Assembly: GCA_002434915.1 (NCBI GenBank) | Contig: DJLG01000177.1 | Location: 5,001-65,865 of the forward strand | DNA: 60,865 bases | Direction of reading: 5' to 3' | Origin: Proteobacteria bacterium UBA6522 | GTDB lineage: Bacteria > Pseudomonadota > Gammaproteobacteria > Steroidobacterales > Rariloculaceae | Shown here: piece after piece, positions 48,597 to 56,567 of the stretch | How positions within the stretch are numbered: position 1 is the stretch's first letter | How the letters are laid out: each line of letters opens with the position of its first letter | Made by a program: the position numbers and the translations under genes | The notes under the pieces: generated by a model | Seen by the model: only the letters and a program-made list of their open reading frames with translations | Told to the model about the DNA's origin: nothing | Database searches by the model: none

Positions 48597-49598
48597 ATTA
48601 ACTTACCTAACCGAATTGCTGTCTTAGGTTCCGGCTCTTGGGGCACGGCACTAGCCATTCACTTCGCACGTATAGGTCGCCCAACAATCCTATGGGGAAT
48701 TGAGGAAGAAGAGATCAAAGCTATGGAGCGGAGCCGGTACAATGACCTGTATCTGCCAGGAGCACACTTTCCTGACGCTCTGCAAGTTACGACCAATATT
48801 GATGATGCGCTCATTGGAGCCGAAGATGTTCTAATTGTAGTTCCTAGTCATGCGCTTCGAGAAACCCTTGAGAGATTAAAAAACTCCTCTCAGTCTATTA
48901 AGCATTTAACCTGGGCAACAAAGGGATTTGAAACTGAAACCGGACTGCTGCCGCATCAGGTAGTTAGGCAGGTAATGGGCACTAGCTTACCAATGGCCGT
49001 TATCTCTGGCCCAACCTTTGCATCCGAAGTAGCAGCAGGATTGCCTAGCGCTGTATCCATAGCCTCAACAACCGAAGCTAATGCGAATCGTCTTGCTCAA
49101 GCTATCAGCACAGATACTTTCCGCGCCTATACAGCTAAAGATATCGTTGGTGTTGAGGTTGGCGGCGCTACTAAAAATGTTCTTGCGATCGGAGCAGGAA
49201 TATCCGATGGGCTAGGCTTTGGAGCCAATACTCGTATAGCAATGATAACGCGCGGACTAATCGAAATGACACGGCTTGGGTTAGCCTTAGGCGCCCAGAA
49301 AGACACCTTTATCGGACTATCCGGTATGGGTGACCTTGTTTTGACTTGTTCAGATGATCAGTCTCGCAATCGCCGTTTTGGTCTAGGCCTTGCTGATGGC
49401 GCCAGTGTTGAAGGCCTACGCAGAAAAATTGGGCAAGTTGTTGAAGGCTACTATGCAGCAAGAGCAGTTTACAAAGTAGCAAAAAAACTAGAAGTAGAAA
49501 TGCCAATTGTAGAGCAGATATATCGTGTCATATATGACAAGCTCGAGCCGAAAGAGGCCGTGGCTAATCTATTAGGACGCCCTTTAACGCCCGAATAA
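48597..49598 (+). CDS. gpsA: NAD(P)H-dependent glycerol-3-phosphate dehydrogenase (start codon non-canonical or unresolved)
   Basis: The GpsA-like sequence runs through GPTFA.EVA, GG..KNV.AIGAG..DG and QSRNRRFG. The Rossmann motif IAVLGSGSWGTALA (48615..48656) lies upstream of the first ATG at 48723. The frame opens at 48588 and contains no ATG, GTG or TTG before 48723. ATT at 48597 is my tentative start. Confidence 0.82.
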   Translation: MNLPNRIAVLGSGSWGTALAIHFARIGRPTILWGIEEEEIKAMERSRYNDLYLPGAHFPDALQVTTNIDDALIGAEDVLIVVPSHALRETLERLKNSSQSIKHLTWATKGFETETGLLPHQVVRQVMGTSLPMAVISGPTFASEVAAGLPSAVSIASTTEANANRLAQAISTDTFRAYTAKDIVGVEVGGATKNVLAIGAGISDGLGFGANTRIAMITRGLIEMTRLGLALGAQKDTFIGLSGMGDLVLTCSDDQSRNRRFGLGLADGASVEGLRRKIGQVVEGYYAARAVYKVAKKLEVEMPIVEQIYRVIYDKLEPKEAVANLLGRPLTPE

Positions 49599-49609
49599 AT
49601 TTATATGCC

Positions 49610-50074
49610 TTATGCAATCTCATGAAAGCCTTGCTGCCTCCATGCTTCATAAAGAACTATGGCTGCAGCATTGCTCAAATTCAGACTACGATTTCCATGC
49701 TTAAGAGGAATTCTAAGGATCTGTTCAGGCGGCATACTAGTTAGTACCTCTTTGGGTAATCCTCGAGTCTCGGGTCCAAAAAGAAATGCGTCACCAGGCG
49801 TAAACTCTTTGTCGAAAAAACTGTTTTCTCCCTTAGTGCTTAAAGCAAAAACCCGTCTGGGTTGTAGTGTCTCCAAGCATTTTTCGAGCGATACATGCTC
49901 CATCACACATGTTAATTCATGGTAATCAAGTCCTGCCCGTCGGAGGCTTCGTTCTTCCATTTGAAACCCGAGCGGATGTATTAGATGTAATTCTGCTCCA
50001 GCATTGGCGCAAAGACGAATAATATTCCCCGTGTTTGGAGGAATCTCAGGTTGGTATAAAATTAAATGAAACAC
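49610..50074 (-). CDS. trmL: tRNA (cytidine/uridine-2'-O-)-methyltransferase TrmL (SpoU family)
   Basis: 154 aa. LYQPEIPPNTGNIIRLC and the C-terminal RSLNLSNAAAIVLYEA are typical of TrmL. Confidence 0.88.
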   Translation of the reverse strand: MFHLILYQPEIPPNTGNIIRLCANAGAELHLIHPLGFQMEERSLRRAGLDYHELTCVMEHVSLEKCLETLQPRRVFALSTKGENSFFDKEFTPGDAFLFGPETRGLPKEVLTSMPPEQILRIPLKHGNRSLNLSNAAAIVLYEAWRQQGFHEIA

Positions 50075-50147
50075 TTGAGTATTCTATGGCCTTAGTCGTC
50101 ACGCTCCGACATAATGAGATCATCAAAATGCCCATATCACATTAAAC

Positions 50148-51089
50148 ATGAGTGGCCCCCTTGCGATGGAATTCTGTGGGCTAAAATTGTCCTCTCCTGT
50201 GATACTTCTATCGGGATGTGTTGGGTTTGGCGAAGAATACACCCGAATAGAGGGTTTCTCGAACCTTGATGTTGGAGCTATCGTGTTAAAGGGCACAACG
50301 CTAGAGCCACGTTTAGGCAATCCTGCCCATCGCGTATGGGAAACGCCTTCTGGCATGCTTAATGCTATTGGCCTTCAAAACCCAGGTGTTAAAAAAGTTA
50401 TTACAGATATTCTTCCAAGCTTAAATTTTGATGAAACACGCTTCATTGCAAATGTTTGCGGCTCCACCATCGAAGAATACGCAGAGGTTACACGTTATTT
50501 TGATGATTCTCCGATTGATGCAATGGAAATCAACATTTCATGTCCTAATGTAAAAGAAGGTGGCGTTGCTTTTGGCAATAACCCGGATATGTCTGCGCGT
50601 GTTGTTGAGGCCTGTCGAAACTTTACAAACAAACCCCTAATAACAAAATTATCGCCAAATCAAACCGATATTGCTGCAAATGCTAAGGCATGCATTAATG
50701 CTGGCACTGATGCTTTTTCCGTTATCAACACCATAATGGGCATGGCAATTGACATTGAGACACAGAAACCCATCATCGGTAATGTACAAGGAGGCCTCTC
50801 TGGGCCGGCAATTCGTCCAATTGCCCTGCTCAAGGTTCATCAAGTATATGGTGTTGCTGCGCTTCATGGGATACCCATTATAGGACAGGGGGGAATGGAA
50901 ACTGCGTCTGATGCGATCGAGTTTTTGTTGGCAGGCGCCACTACAGTGGGATTGGGTACAGGGCTTTTTTATGATCCGCTAGCGGCAAAAAGGATTAATA
51001 GGGGCATTGGGAATTATCTTAGGACTCATAATTTTGAATCTATCTCTGACATCGTTGGCGGTCTAGATTTAGGTGTAACAAGAAAATAA
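50148..51089 (+). CDS. pyrD: Dihydroorotate dehydrogenase, class 1 (1B catalytic-subunit-like)
   Basis: 313 aa. ASGC.GFG, GAIVLKGTT.EPR.GNP.PR, MLNAIGLQNPG, the active-site Cys in NISCPNVKEGG, GGLSGPAIRP and IIG.GG closely follow the Bacillus-type PyrD pattern. Confidence 0.85.
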   Translation: MSGPLAMEFCGLKLSSPVILLSGCVGFGEEYTRIEGFSNLDVGAIVLKGTTLEPRLGNPAHRVWETPSGMLNAIGLQNPGVKKVITDILPSLNFDETRFIANVCGSTIEEYAEVTRYFDDSPIDAMEINISCPNVKEGGVAFGNNPDMSARVVEACRNFTNKPLITKLSPNQTDIAANAKACINAGTDAFSVINTIMGMAIDIETQKPIIGNVQGGLSGPAIRPIALLKVHQVYGVAALHGIPIIGQGGMETASDAIEFLLAGATTVGLGTGLFYDPLAAKRINRGIGNYLRTHNFESISDIVGGLDLGVTRK

Positions 51090-51091
51090 AA

Positions 51092-52117
51092 CTAGCGCAT
51101 ATGCAGCTCAACCACGTCTTCGTCAGCCAACAGATGTTCTGGTCCAACTTGCTGCCCATCATAGACTTCCTTTCCCCAAGCGCGTGCATATTTGAGCGAT
51201 CCAGCCAAATCCTTATGAACTAGACGTGCTACATCCAATACATTCGAACCTCTACGTAGAGTAAAAGGCCTATCCTTTTGTGGTGGTTTTCCAGGTGCCT
51301 TGGTGTAAATACGGACGATATTTAAGCCATCAAAAAGTACCCCTCCAACCTTTTGAAGCCCTTCTCCGCTATGTGTTGATGTAACTAGAGACGGAAACTC
51401 AATATTTAGCAAATCCTTTAAGGCCTGTAACACGGCCGGATCAGGATCGAGATCATATTTGTTTGCAATGAGCAGCGTCGGCAAAACAACACGAAAGGGG
51501 TCTGGCTCATCTTTCTCCTCTAAAGCAGGTTCATGGCTAGAGGATAACCACTGTTCTAATAAGGCAACTTTTATCTCTTTTAGGCGATCCAAAATGACCT
51601 CAACATGTTCCGTACACTCCGGATCGGCAATATCCAATACCAATAATGCTGCATCCGCGGGATGTAAGGCCTCCATCAGCCAGCTTGGCATGTAATCGGC
51701 TGATAATGGCGGCAGATCTATTAGCTGAAAACTTATGTCCTCAAACGGCAACATTCCAGGCATTGGCTCATGGGTTGTAAAAGGATAAGGGCCAATCTCT
51801 GCCCTAGACCCAGTAAGCTTTGCATGAAGACTGGATTTGCCTGAATTTGGCGGGCCCAACAAAGCGATTTGGGCAGCGCCCTCTTTGCGCACGCTATGAA
51901 CAGGGCCAGAACGGTTTCCGCCTTTCTTAGGTCCAACTAGTTGCTCGGACAGTTGTTTAATGCGGCTTTTAATATCTGCTTGGAGGTTTTCTGTACCTTT
52001 ATGCTTAGGAATTGTGCTCAGCATTTCCTTAAGGCACGCCAAACGTTCTCGCTCATCACGAGCTGAACGAAACTCTTGTTCAGCTTTCTTGTAGGCTGGA
52101 CTTAGATTGGTAGGCAT
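51092..52117 (-). CDS. DRG/Rbg-like OBG-superfamily GTPase with C-terminal TGS domain
   Basis: 341 aa with a helical N-terminus. G1 is GPPNSGKSS, G3 is DLPP and G4 is NKYD. The C-terminus is TGS-like (VRIYTK.PG...D.PF.L..GS.V.D.A..VH). Confidence 0.78.
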   Translation of the reverse strand: MPTNLSPAYKKAEQEFRSARDERERLACLKEMLSTIPKHKGTENLQADIKSRIKQLSEQLVGPKKGGNRSGPVHSVRKEGAAQIALLGPPNSGKSSLHAKLTGSRAEIGPYPFTTHEPMPGMLPFEDISFQLIDLPPLSADYMPSWLMEALHPADAALLVLDIADPECTEHVEVILDRLKEIKVALLEQWLSSSHEPALEEKDEPDPFRVVLPTLLIANKYDLDPDPAVLQALKDLLNIEFPSLVTSTHSGEGLQKVGGVLFDGLNIVRIYTKAPGKPPQKDRPFTLRRGSNVLDVARLVHKDLAGSLKYARAWGKEVYDGQQVGPEHLLADEDVVELHMR

Positions 52118-52223
52118 GTTGTCCTCTTATTGAGCCATTATGCTCTAGCCTATTACTATAGGCATGCCAATGACCTAATAATTAGCATATCCGATTGTAA
52201 CCACCTTTTTACTGGGTACTGTA

Positions 52224-53009
52224 TTGAACATTCATCCGACATCAATCATTTCAAATGAGGCAACTATCGCACCAGAAGTAACGATAGGTCCTTATGTAGT
52301 CATAAAAGGTAAGGTCTCGATTGGCCCTAATACCGTCGTGGAATCTCACGTAAGACTTGGAAGCGAATATGGTGAGGTATTAATCGGTGCGCATAATCAT
52401 ATACAGAGCGGGGCGATGTTGGGAGCTCCGCCCCAAGAATGGGGGTACAAAAAAAGCTATACAAAACTAATAGTAGGTGATCACACTCGAATAGGAGAAG
52501 GAGCATCCCTGAACCTAGGAAGCGAAAAAGGTACTGGCGTCACTATAGTAGGGGACCGCGTTTTCATCATGGCGTACGCACATGTGGCTCATGATTGTCG
52601 GGTTGGAAATGATGTTGTTCTAACAAATATGGCACAACTAGCGGGACACTCCATTATCGAAAAAAATGCGATTATTGGCGGGTGCTGTGTCGTTACGCAG
52701 TTTGTACGCGTCGGAGAATATTCGTTTCTTGCTATAGGCGCACACGCTAATAAAGATATTCCTCCTTATACCATTGCTGATGGACACTGGGCCATTCCAA
52801 AAGCATTTAACAAAATTGGCTTAAAAAGAGCAGGCCTATCGGAAACAAAACGCCGCAATATTAACCGTGCAATTCGTGTGTTTTTGCAGACTTCTCTAAC
52901 TATGACCGAAGTCATAGAGAAGATTGAGGCAGATTGTGAGCATGATGAATATACTGCGCACCTAGTGAAGTTTCTCTCTAGTTCAAAACAAGGCCTTGCA
53001 CGTAAGTGA
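52224..53009 (+). CDS. lpxA: Acyl-ACP--UDP-N-acetylglucosamine O-acyltransferase
   Basis: 261 aa, TTG start. It begins IHPTSIIS..A.I, has hexapeptide repeats and AHDC.VG, and ends in a helical domain (N.IGL.R.G). Confidence 0.83.
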   Translation: MNIHPTSIISNEATIAPEVTIGPYVVIKGKVSIGPNTVVESHVRLGSEYGEVLIGAHNHIQSGAMLGAPPQEWGYKKSYTKLIVGDHTRIGEGASLNLGSEKGTGVTIVGDRVFIMAYAHVAHDCRVGNDVVLTNMAQLAGHSIIEKNAIIGGCCVVTQFVRVGEYSFLAIGAHANKDIPPYTIADGHWAIPKAFNKIGLKRAGLSETKRRNINRAIRVFLQTSLTMTEVIEKIEADCEHDEYTAHLVKFLSSSKQGLARK

Positions 53010-53947
53010 CTAATATTAGAACAGCCGTCATCGGTGTAGGGCACCTAGGAGCCTACCACGCAGAAAAATATTCACTGATTGACAATGTTGATCTTATTGC
53101 TGTGTGCGATATTAATAAAAGTATTGGCGAAAAAATTGCCTTAAAACATGGGGTCACTTTAATTTCTGACTATAAAGAATTACTAGGGAAAATAGATGCA
53201 GTAACTATTGCTACAGACACTTATACACATTTTGAGCTTGCGTCTTTTTTTTTAAAAAATGGCATCCATGTGTTAGTTGAAAAGCCGATAACCACAACTA
53301 GCGAAGAAGCTAAAAAACTAACCATGCTTGCAGAAGATAACGATCTTAGGCTACAGGTTGGACACATTGAGCGGTTCAACCCAGCATTGATTTCAGCACA
53401 AAAAAAACTGGGCAAGGTCCAGTTCATTGAATGTCATCGACTTGCGCCCTTTAAAGGAAGAGGTGCGGACGTTGATGTTATTTTAGACCTGATGATTCAT
53501 GACCTTGATGTCATCCTCTCCTTGGTTGAAGGCAGCCCTCGTAGCGTGTCTGCGATAGGCATTTCAGTAATTACCAATAGTGTAGATATAGCAAACGCGC
53601 GAATCGAGTTTAATACCGGAGCAATAGCAAACGTTACTGCATCTCGAGTATCAACAAGCGTTCAACGAAAATTTCGAGTTTTCCATGAAGGGCAATACCT
53701 ATCCATCGATTTTGGCGAAGGAAAACTTCAATTGGTTATAAAAGAAGATATAGATGACAAGAACCAAAATTCTTTAAAAGAACAGCGGTGGTCTTTGGAA
53801 AAGGGTGATGCTCTTTTGGCTGAAGTTCAAGCTTTTATTACCGCTATTCAAAAAGGCATTCCATGCCAGGTCAGTGGCTATGACGGAGTCATAGCTTTAG
53901 AGCTTGCCGAAAGAATTATCTTGGACATATCCAAACGTACACCTTGA
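53006..53947 (+). CDS. Gfo/Idh/MocA family oxidoreductase (GnnA-like candidate)
   Basis: 313 aa with Rossmann loop AVIGVGHLGAYHA and the EKP motif (VLVEKPI). A 4-nt overlap joins it to lpxA. Confidence 0.8.
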   Translation: MTNIRTAVIGVGHLGAYHAEKYSLIDNVDLIAVCDINKSIGEKIALKHGVTLISDYKELLGKIDAVTIATDTYTHFELASFFLKNGIHVLVEKPITTTSEEAKKLTMLAEDNDLRLQVGHIERFNPALISAQKKLGKVQFIECHRLAPFKGRGADVDVILDLMIHDLDVILSLVEGSPRSVSAIGISVITNSVDIANARIEFNTGAIANVTASRVSTSVQRKFRVFHEGQYLSIDFGEGKLQLVIKEDIDDKNQNSLKEQRWSLEKGDALLAEVQAFITAIQKGIPCQVSGYDGVIALELAERIILDISKRTP

Positions 53948-53977
53948 TTTAACCGCTAGGCTTTTCACGTCAAGGGC

Positions 53978-55372
53978 CTAATTATCAAGACCTAGCTCCT
54001 TGATTTTTCGGGTTAAGGTATTTCTTCCACAGCCTAACAGTCTTGCCGCTTCAAGGCGCTTTCCGTCTGCACAACGCAAAGCAGCTTCAATCAGTGTTCG
54101 CTCAAATGCTGGCAAGGCTTTAGTAAACAATGGCGCCATTGGCGTAGATGACAATTGCTCTTCTGCCCACTGCGCAAGGCTTTGCGTCCAATCATCATTG
54201 GAACACAGTCCTTCTCCTCCCAGTTCCGACGGGAAATCAGCAGTAACTATTTCCGAGCCAGCGGCAGTAATCATTAAGCGCCGACACATGTTAACTAACT
54301 CACGAACATTGCCAGGCCAATCGTAATGCAACATTGCCTGTGAAGCGCCAGAACTTAATGTTTTTGGCCCCACACCAAGCTCTCTAGCTGCCTGGTTAAG
54401 GTATACGCTAGCAAGCGTAGTTATATCCTCTTTACGATCACGCAAAGGGGGAACATCTATTCCCATTACATTGAGACGGTGGAAAAGATCCTCACGAAAC
54501 TTCCCAACATTTACAGCATTACTAAGATCTTGGTTAGTGGCTGCTATGACTCTTACATTAACCCTGACGGACTTTTGCCCTCCAACGCGGAAAAACTCGC
54601 CTTCTGCTAAAACGCGTAACAAATGTGTCTGCAGCTCGACCGGCATATCACCAATCTCATCTAAGAATAGAGTCCCTCCCTCAGCTTGCTCAAACCGACC
54701 TATTCGACGTTCAGAGGCTCCCGTAAAAGCGCCTTTCTCATGACCAAAAAGTTCAGACTCTAATAAGTCGGGCGTAATAGCCGATGTGTTTAGAGCGATA
54801 AATGGAGCATCCGCACGGGGAGAGTTTTCATGTAATGCCCGAGCTACCAGCTCTTTCCCTGTGCCGGACTCGCCAGTAATTAAAACGGTCATGCTTGAGC
54901 GTGATAAACGGCCTATAGCACGAAATACTTCTTGCATCGCTGGGGCCTGCCCAATCATTCTTGGGGCGCTCTTTATTCCGTCTACTTTTGGGTGCCCAGA
55001 TATCTGGCCTGCAGCTCTTGAAACTAAGTCTATTGCGTCATCAATATCGAAAGGTTTAGGCAAATACTCAAATGCTCCGCTCTGATAAGAGGACACCGCA
55101 TTATCAAGGTCTGAGTGTGCTGTTATGACAATAACTGGAATGTCTTCATTGCGAACACGGAGGGTTTCCATTAGCTCTAAGCCTGTCATATCAGGCATAC
55201 GAATATCTGTGATAATGACGTCCGGTTTATCCTTATTTAGCGCCCGAAAAAAAACTTCTCCTGAATCAAAGCTACGCGGCTCCATTTGTGCCTGCTTAAG
55301 CGCTTGCTCTAAAACCCAACGAACTGATTCGTCATCATCTACAACCCATACTGATAGCATAGAAGCAGACAC
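53978..55372 (-). CDS. ntrC: Nitrogen regulation protein NR(I), sigma54-dependent response regulator
   Basis: 464 aa with a receiver domain (DDDESVR...DIRMPDMTG), an AAA+ domain (GESGTGKE, GAFTGA, ESELFGHEKGAFTGA) and a C-terminal HTH. Confidence 0.93.
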   Translation of the reverse strand: MSASMLSVWVVDDDESVRWVLEQALKQAQMEPRSFDSGEVFFRALNKDKPDVIITDIRMPDMTGLELMETLRVRNEDIPVIVITAHSDLDNAVSSYQSGAFEYLPKPFDIDDAIDLVSRAAGQISGHPKVDGIKSAPRMIGQAPAMQEVFRAIGRLSRSSMTVLITGESGTGKELVARALHENSPRADAPFIALNTSAITPDLLESELFGHEKGAFTGASERRIGRFEQAEGGTLFLDEIGDMPVELQTHLLRVLAEGEFFRVGGQKSVRVNVRVIAATNQDLSNAVNVGKFREDLFHRLNVMGIDVPPLRDRKEDITTLASVYLNQAARELGVGPKTLSSGASQAMLHYDWPGNVRELVNMCRRLMITAAGSEIVTADFPSELGGEGLCSNDDWTQSLAQWAEEQLSSTPMAPLFTKALPAFERTLIEAALRCADGKRLEAARLLGCGRNTLTRKIKELGLDN

Positions 55373-56460
55373 TAGCTTGGCCTATGCTCATTAGATATTG
55401 CTGGCAGAAACATTTGGAATTTTGTTGAGCCAGGATTGCTTTGAAATTCTATTAGGCCCCCGTTACGACTGACAAGGTCCTGCGCGATGGTAAGGCCAAT
55501 TCCCGTACCGGTACTATGCCCTGTTACCAAAGGATAAAAAATGGTCTCCCGCAGCTCATCTGGTATCCCAGGACCATTGTCTTCAACTTCGGCACATAAA
55601 ACCAGGCGGTGCCTTTCCCCGCCAAGCGTATAGTTGTTAAACGCCCTTGTCCTAAAAGTTAACAGGCCTTTTGTGCCTATAGCTTGCAAGCCATTCTTTG
55701 CGATATTTAAAAATGCTTGTATTAACTGATCCCGATCTGCCTTTGTGAGCGGCAAACTTGGATCATAGTCTCTTTGTAACTCAACACCCTCGAGTCTCTC
55801 TGCCTCTATTAATTTAGCCACATGCTCAGTGACCTCATGAAGATTAAAGACCTCTTCTTTTGACTGCCTTCCAGCATCAAGGATGCTATCAACTAATGAG
55901 GCTAAACGATCAGCTTCATCAATGATCACCTTCGTATAAGCTTTCAAGTCAGCTGTAGGTAATTGACGAGCTAAAAGCTGGGCCGCTCCTCGTAAACCTC
56001 CAAGCGGATTTTTAACTTCGTGTGCCAACTGCTTAACAATGCGTCGGCTTACACGACGTTGTATTCCTAATTCCGCTTCACGACGAATCTGGCGATCACG
56101 CTCTGTATCAAAAAGCTCTAAAACCAGCTGATCCGCTAACCCTTCAAGGGGTGCCACACGGCAATCTAGTAACATCTCACGCTCGCCAACACATGTAGCG
56201 ATTTCCCTTGCTCCACATGTCAGCCCGCTTTCTGCTGCTCGTTGACACAACCCTAAGAAATCATCAAAGGGAGCAAAACAGTCGCTAATGGGCTTACCAC
56301 ATGCCTGTGTACGGCTAACACCAAGCAAGCTCTCCGCTGATGAATTTAAGGTTATGATATTGAAATCTAAATCTAGGGCTACCACAGCGGTCGTTAGCCC
56401 CTGGAGTATTGTTTCGGAATCCAAATTAATATTCCGTAAATGTACCCTTTGAGACTCCAC
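55372..56460 (-). CDS. ntrB: Nitrogen regulation sensor histidine kinase NR(II)
   Basis: 362 aa, GTG start. It has a PAS-like N-terminus, H-box HEVKNPLGG, and ATP-binding blocks (DNGPGIP, GTGIGL). It overlaps ntrC by 1 nt. Confidence 0.88.
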   Translation of the reverse strand: MESQRVHLRNINLDSETILQGLTTAVVALDLDFNIITLNSSAESLLGVSRTQACGKPISDCFAPFDDFLGLCQRAAESGLTCGAREIATCVGEREMLLDCRVAPLEGLADQLVLELFDTERDRQIRREAELGIQRRVSRRIVKQLAHEVKNPLGGLRGAAQLLARQLPTADLKAYTKVIIDEADRLASLVDSILDAGRQSKEEVFNLHEVTEHVAKLIEAERLEGVELQRDYDPSLPLTKADRDQLIQAFLNIAKNGLQAIGTKGLLTFRTRAFNNYTLGGERHRLVLCAEVEDNGPGIPDELRETIFYPLVTGHSTGTGIGLTIAQDLVSRNGGLIEFQSNPGSTKFQMFLPAISNEHRPS

Positions 56461-56484
56461 TGATAGCTCCGATAGAATCGGTAA

Positions 56485-56500
56485 AGCACTATAAGTGCCA
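56485..56500 (-). promoter_or_regulatory. Sigma54 -24/-12-like element (also a short palindrome) between glnII and ntrB
   Basis: The minus strand reads TGGCAC-TTATA-GTGCT, against the consensus TGGCAC-N5-TTGCW. GG and GC are spaced by 10 nt. The predicted start site would be about 14 nt upstream of the ntrB GTG at 56460, with a GGAG in between. Confidence 0.35.
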
Positions 56501-56567
56501 ACCGTAAAGCTTTTAAGCTCTAGTGATTAGAAAACGCCTACCTTCTTTGGTCTACATTGCACTAATG

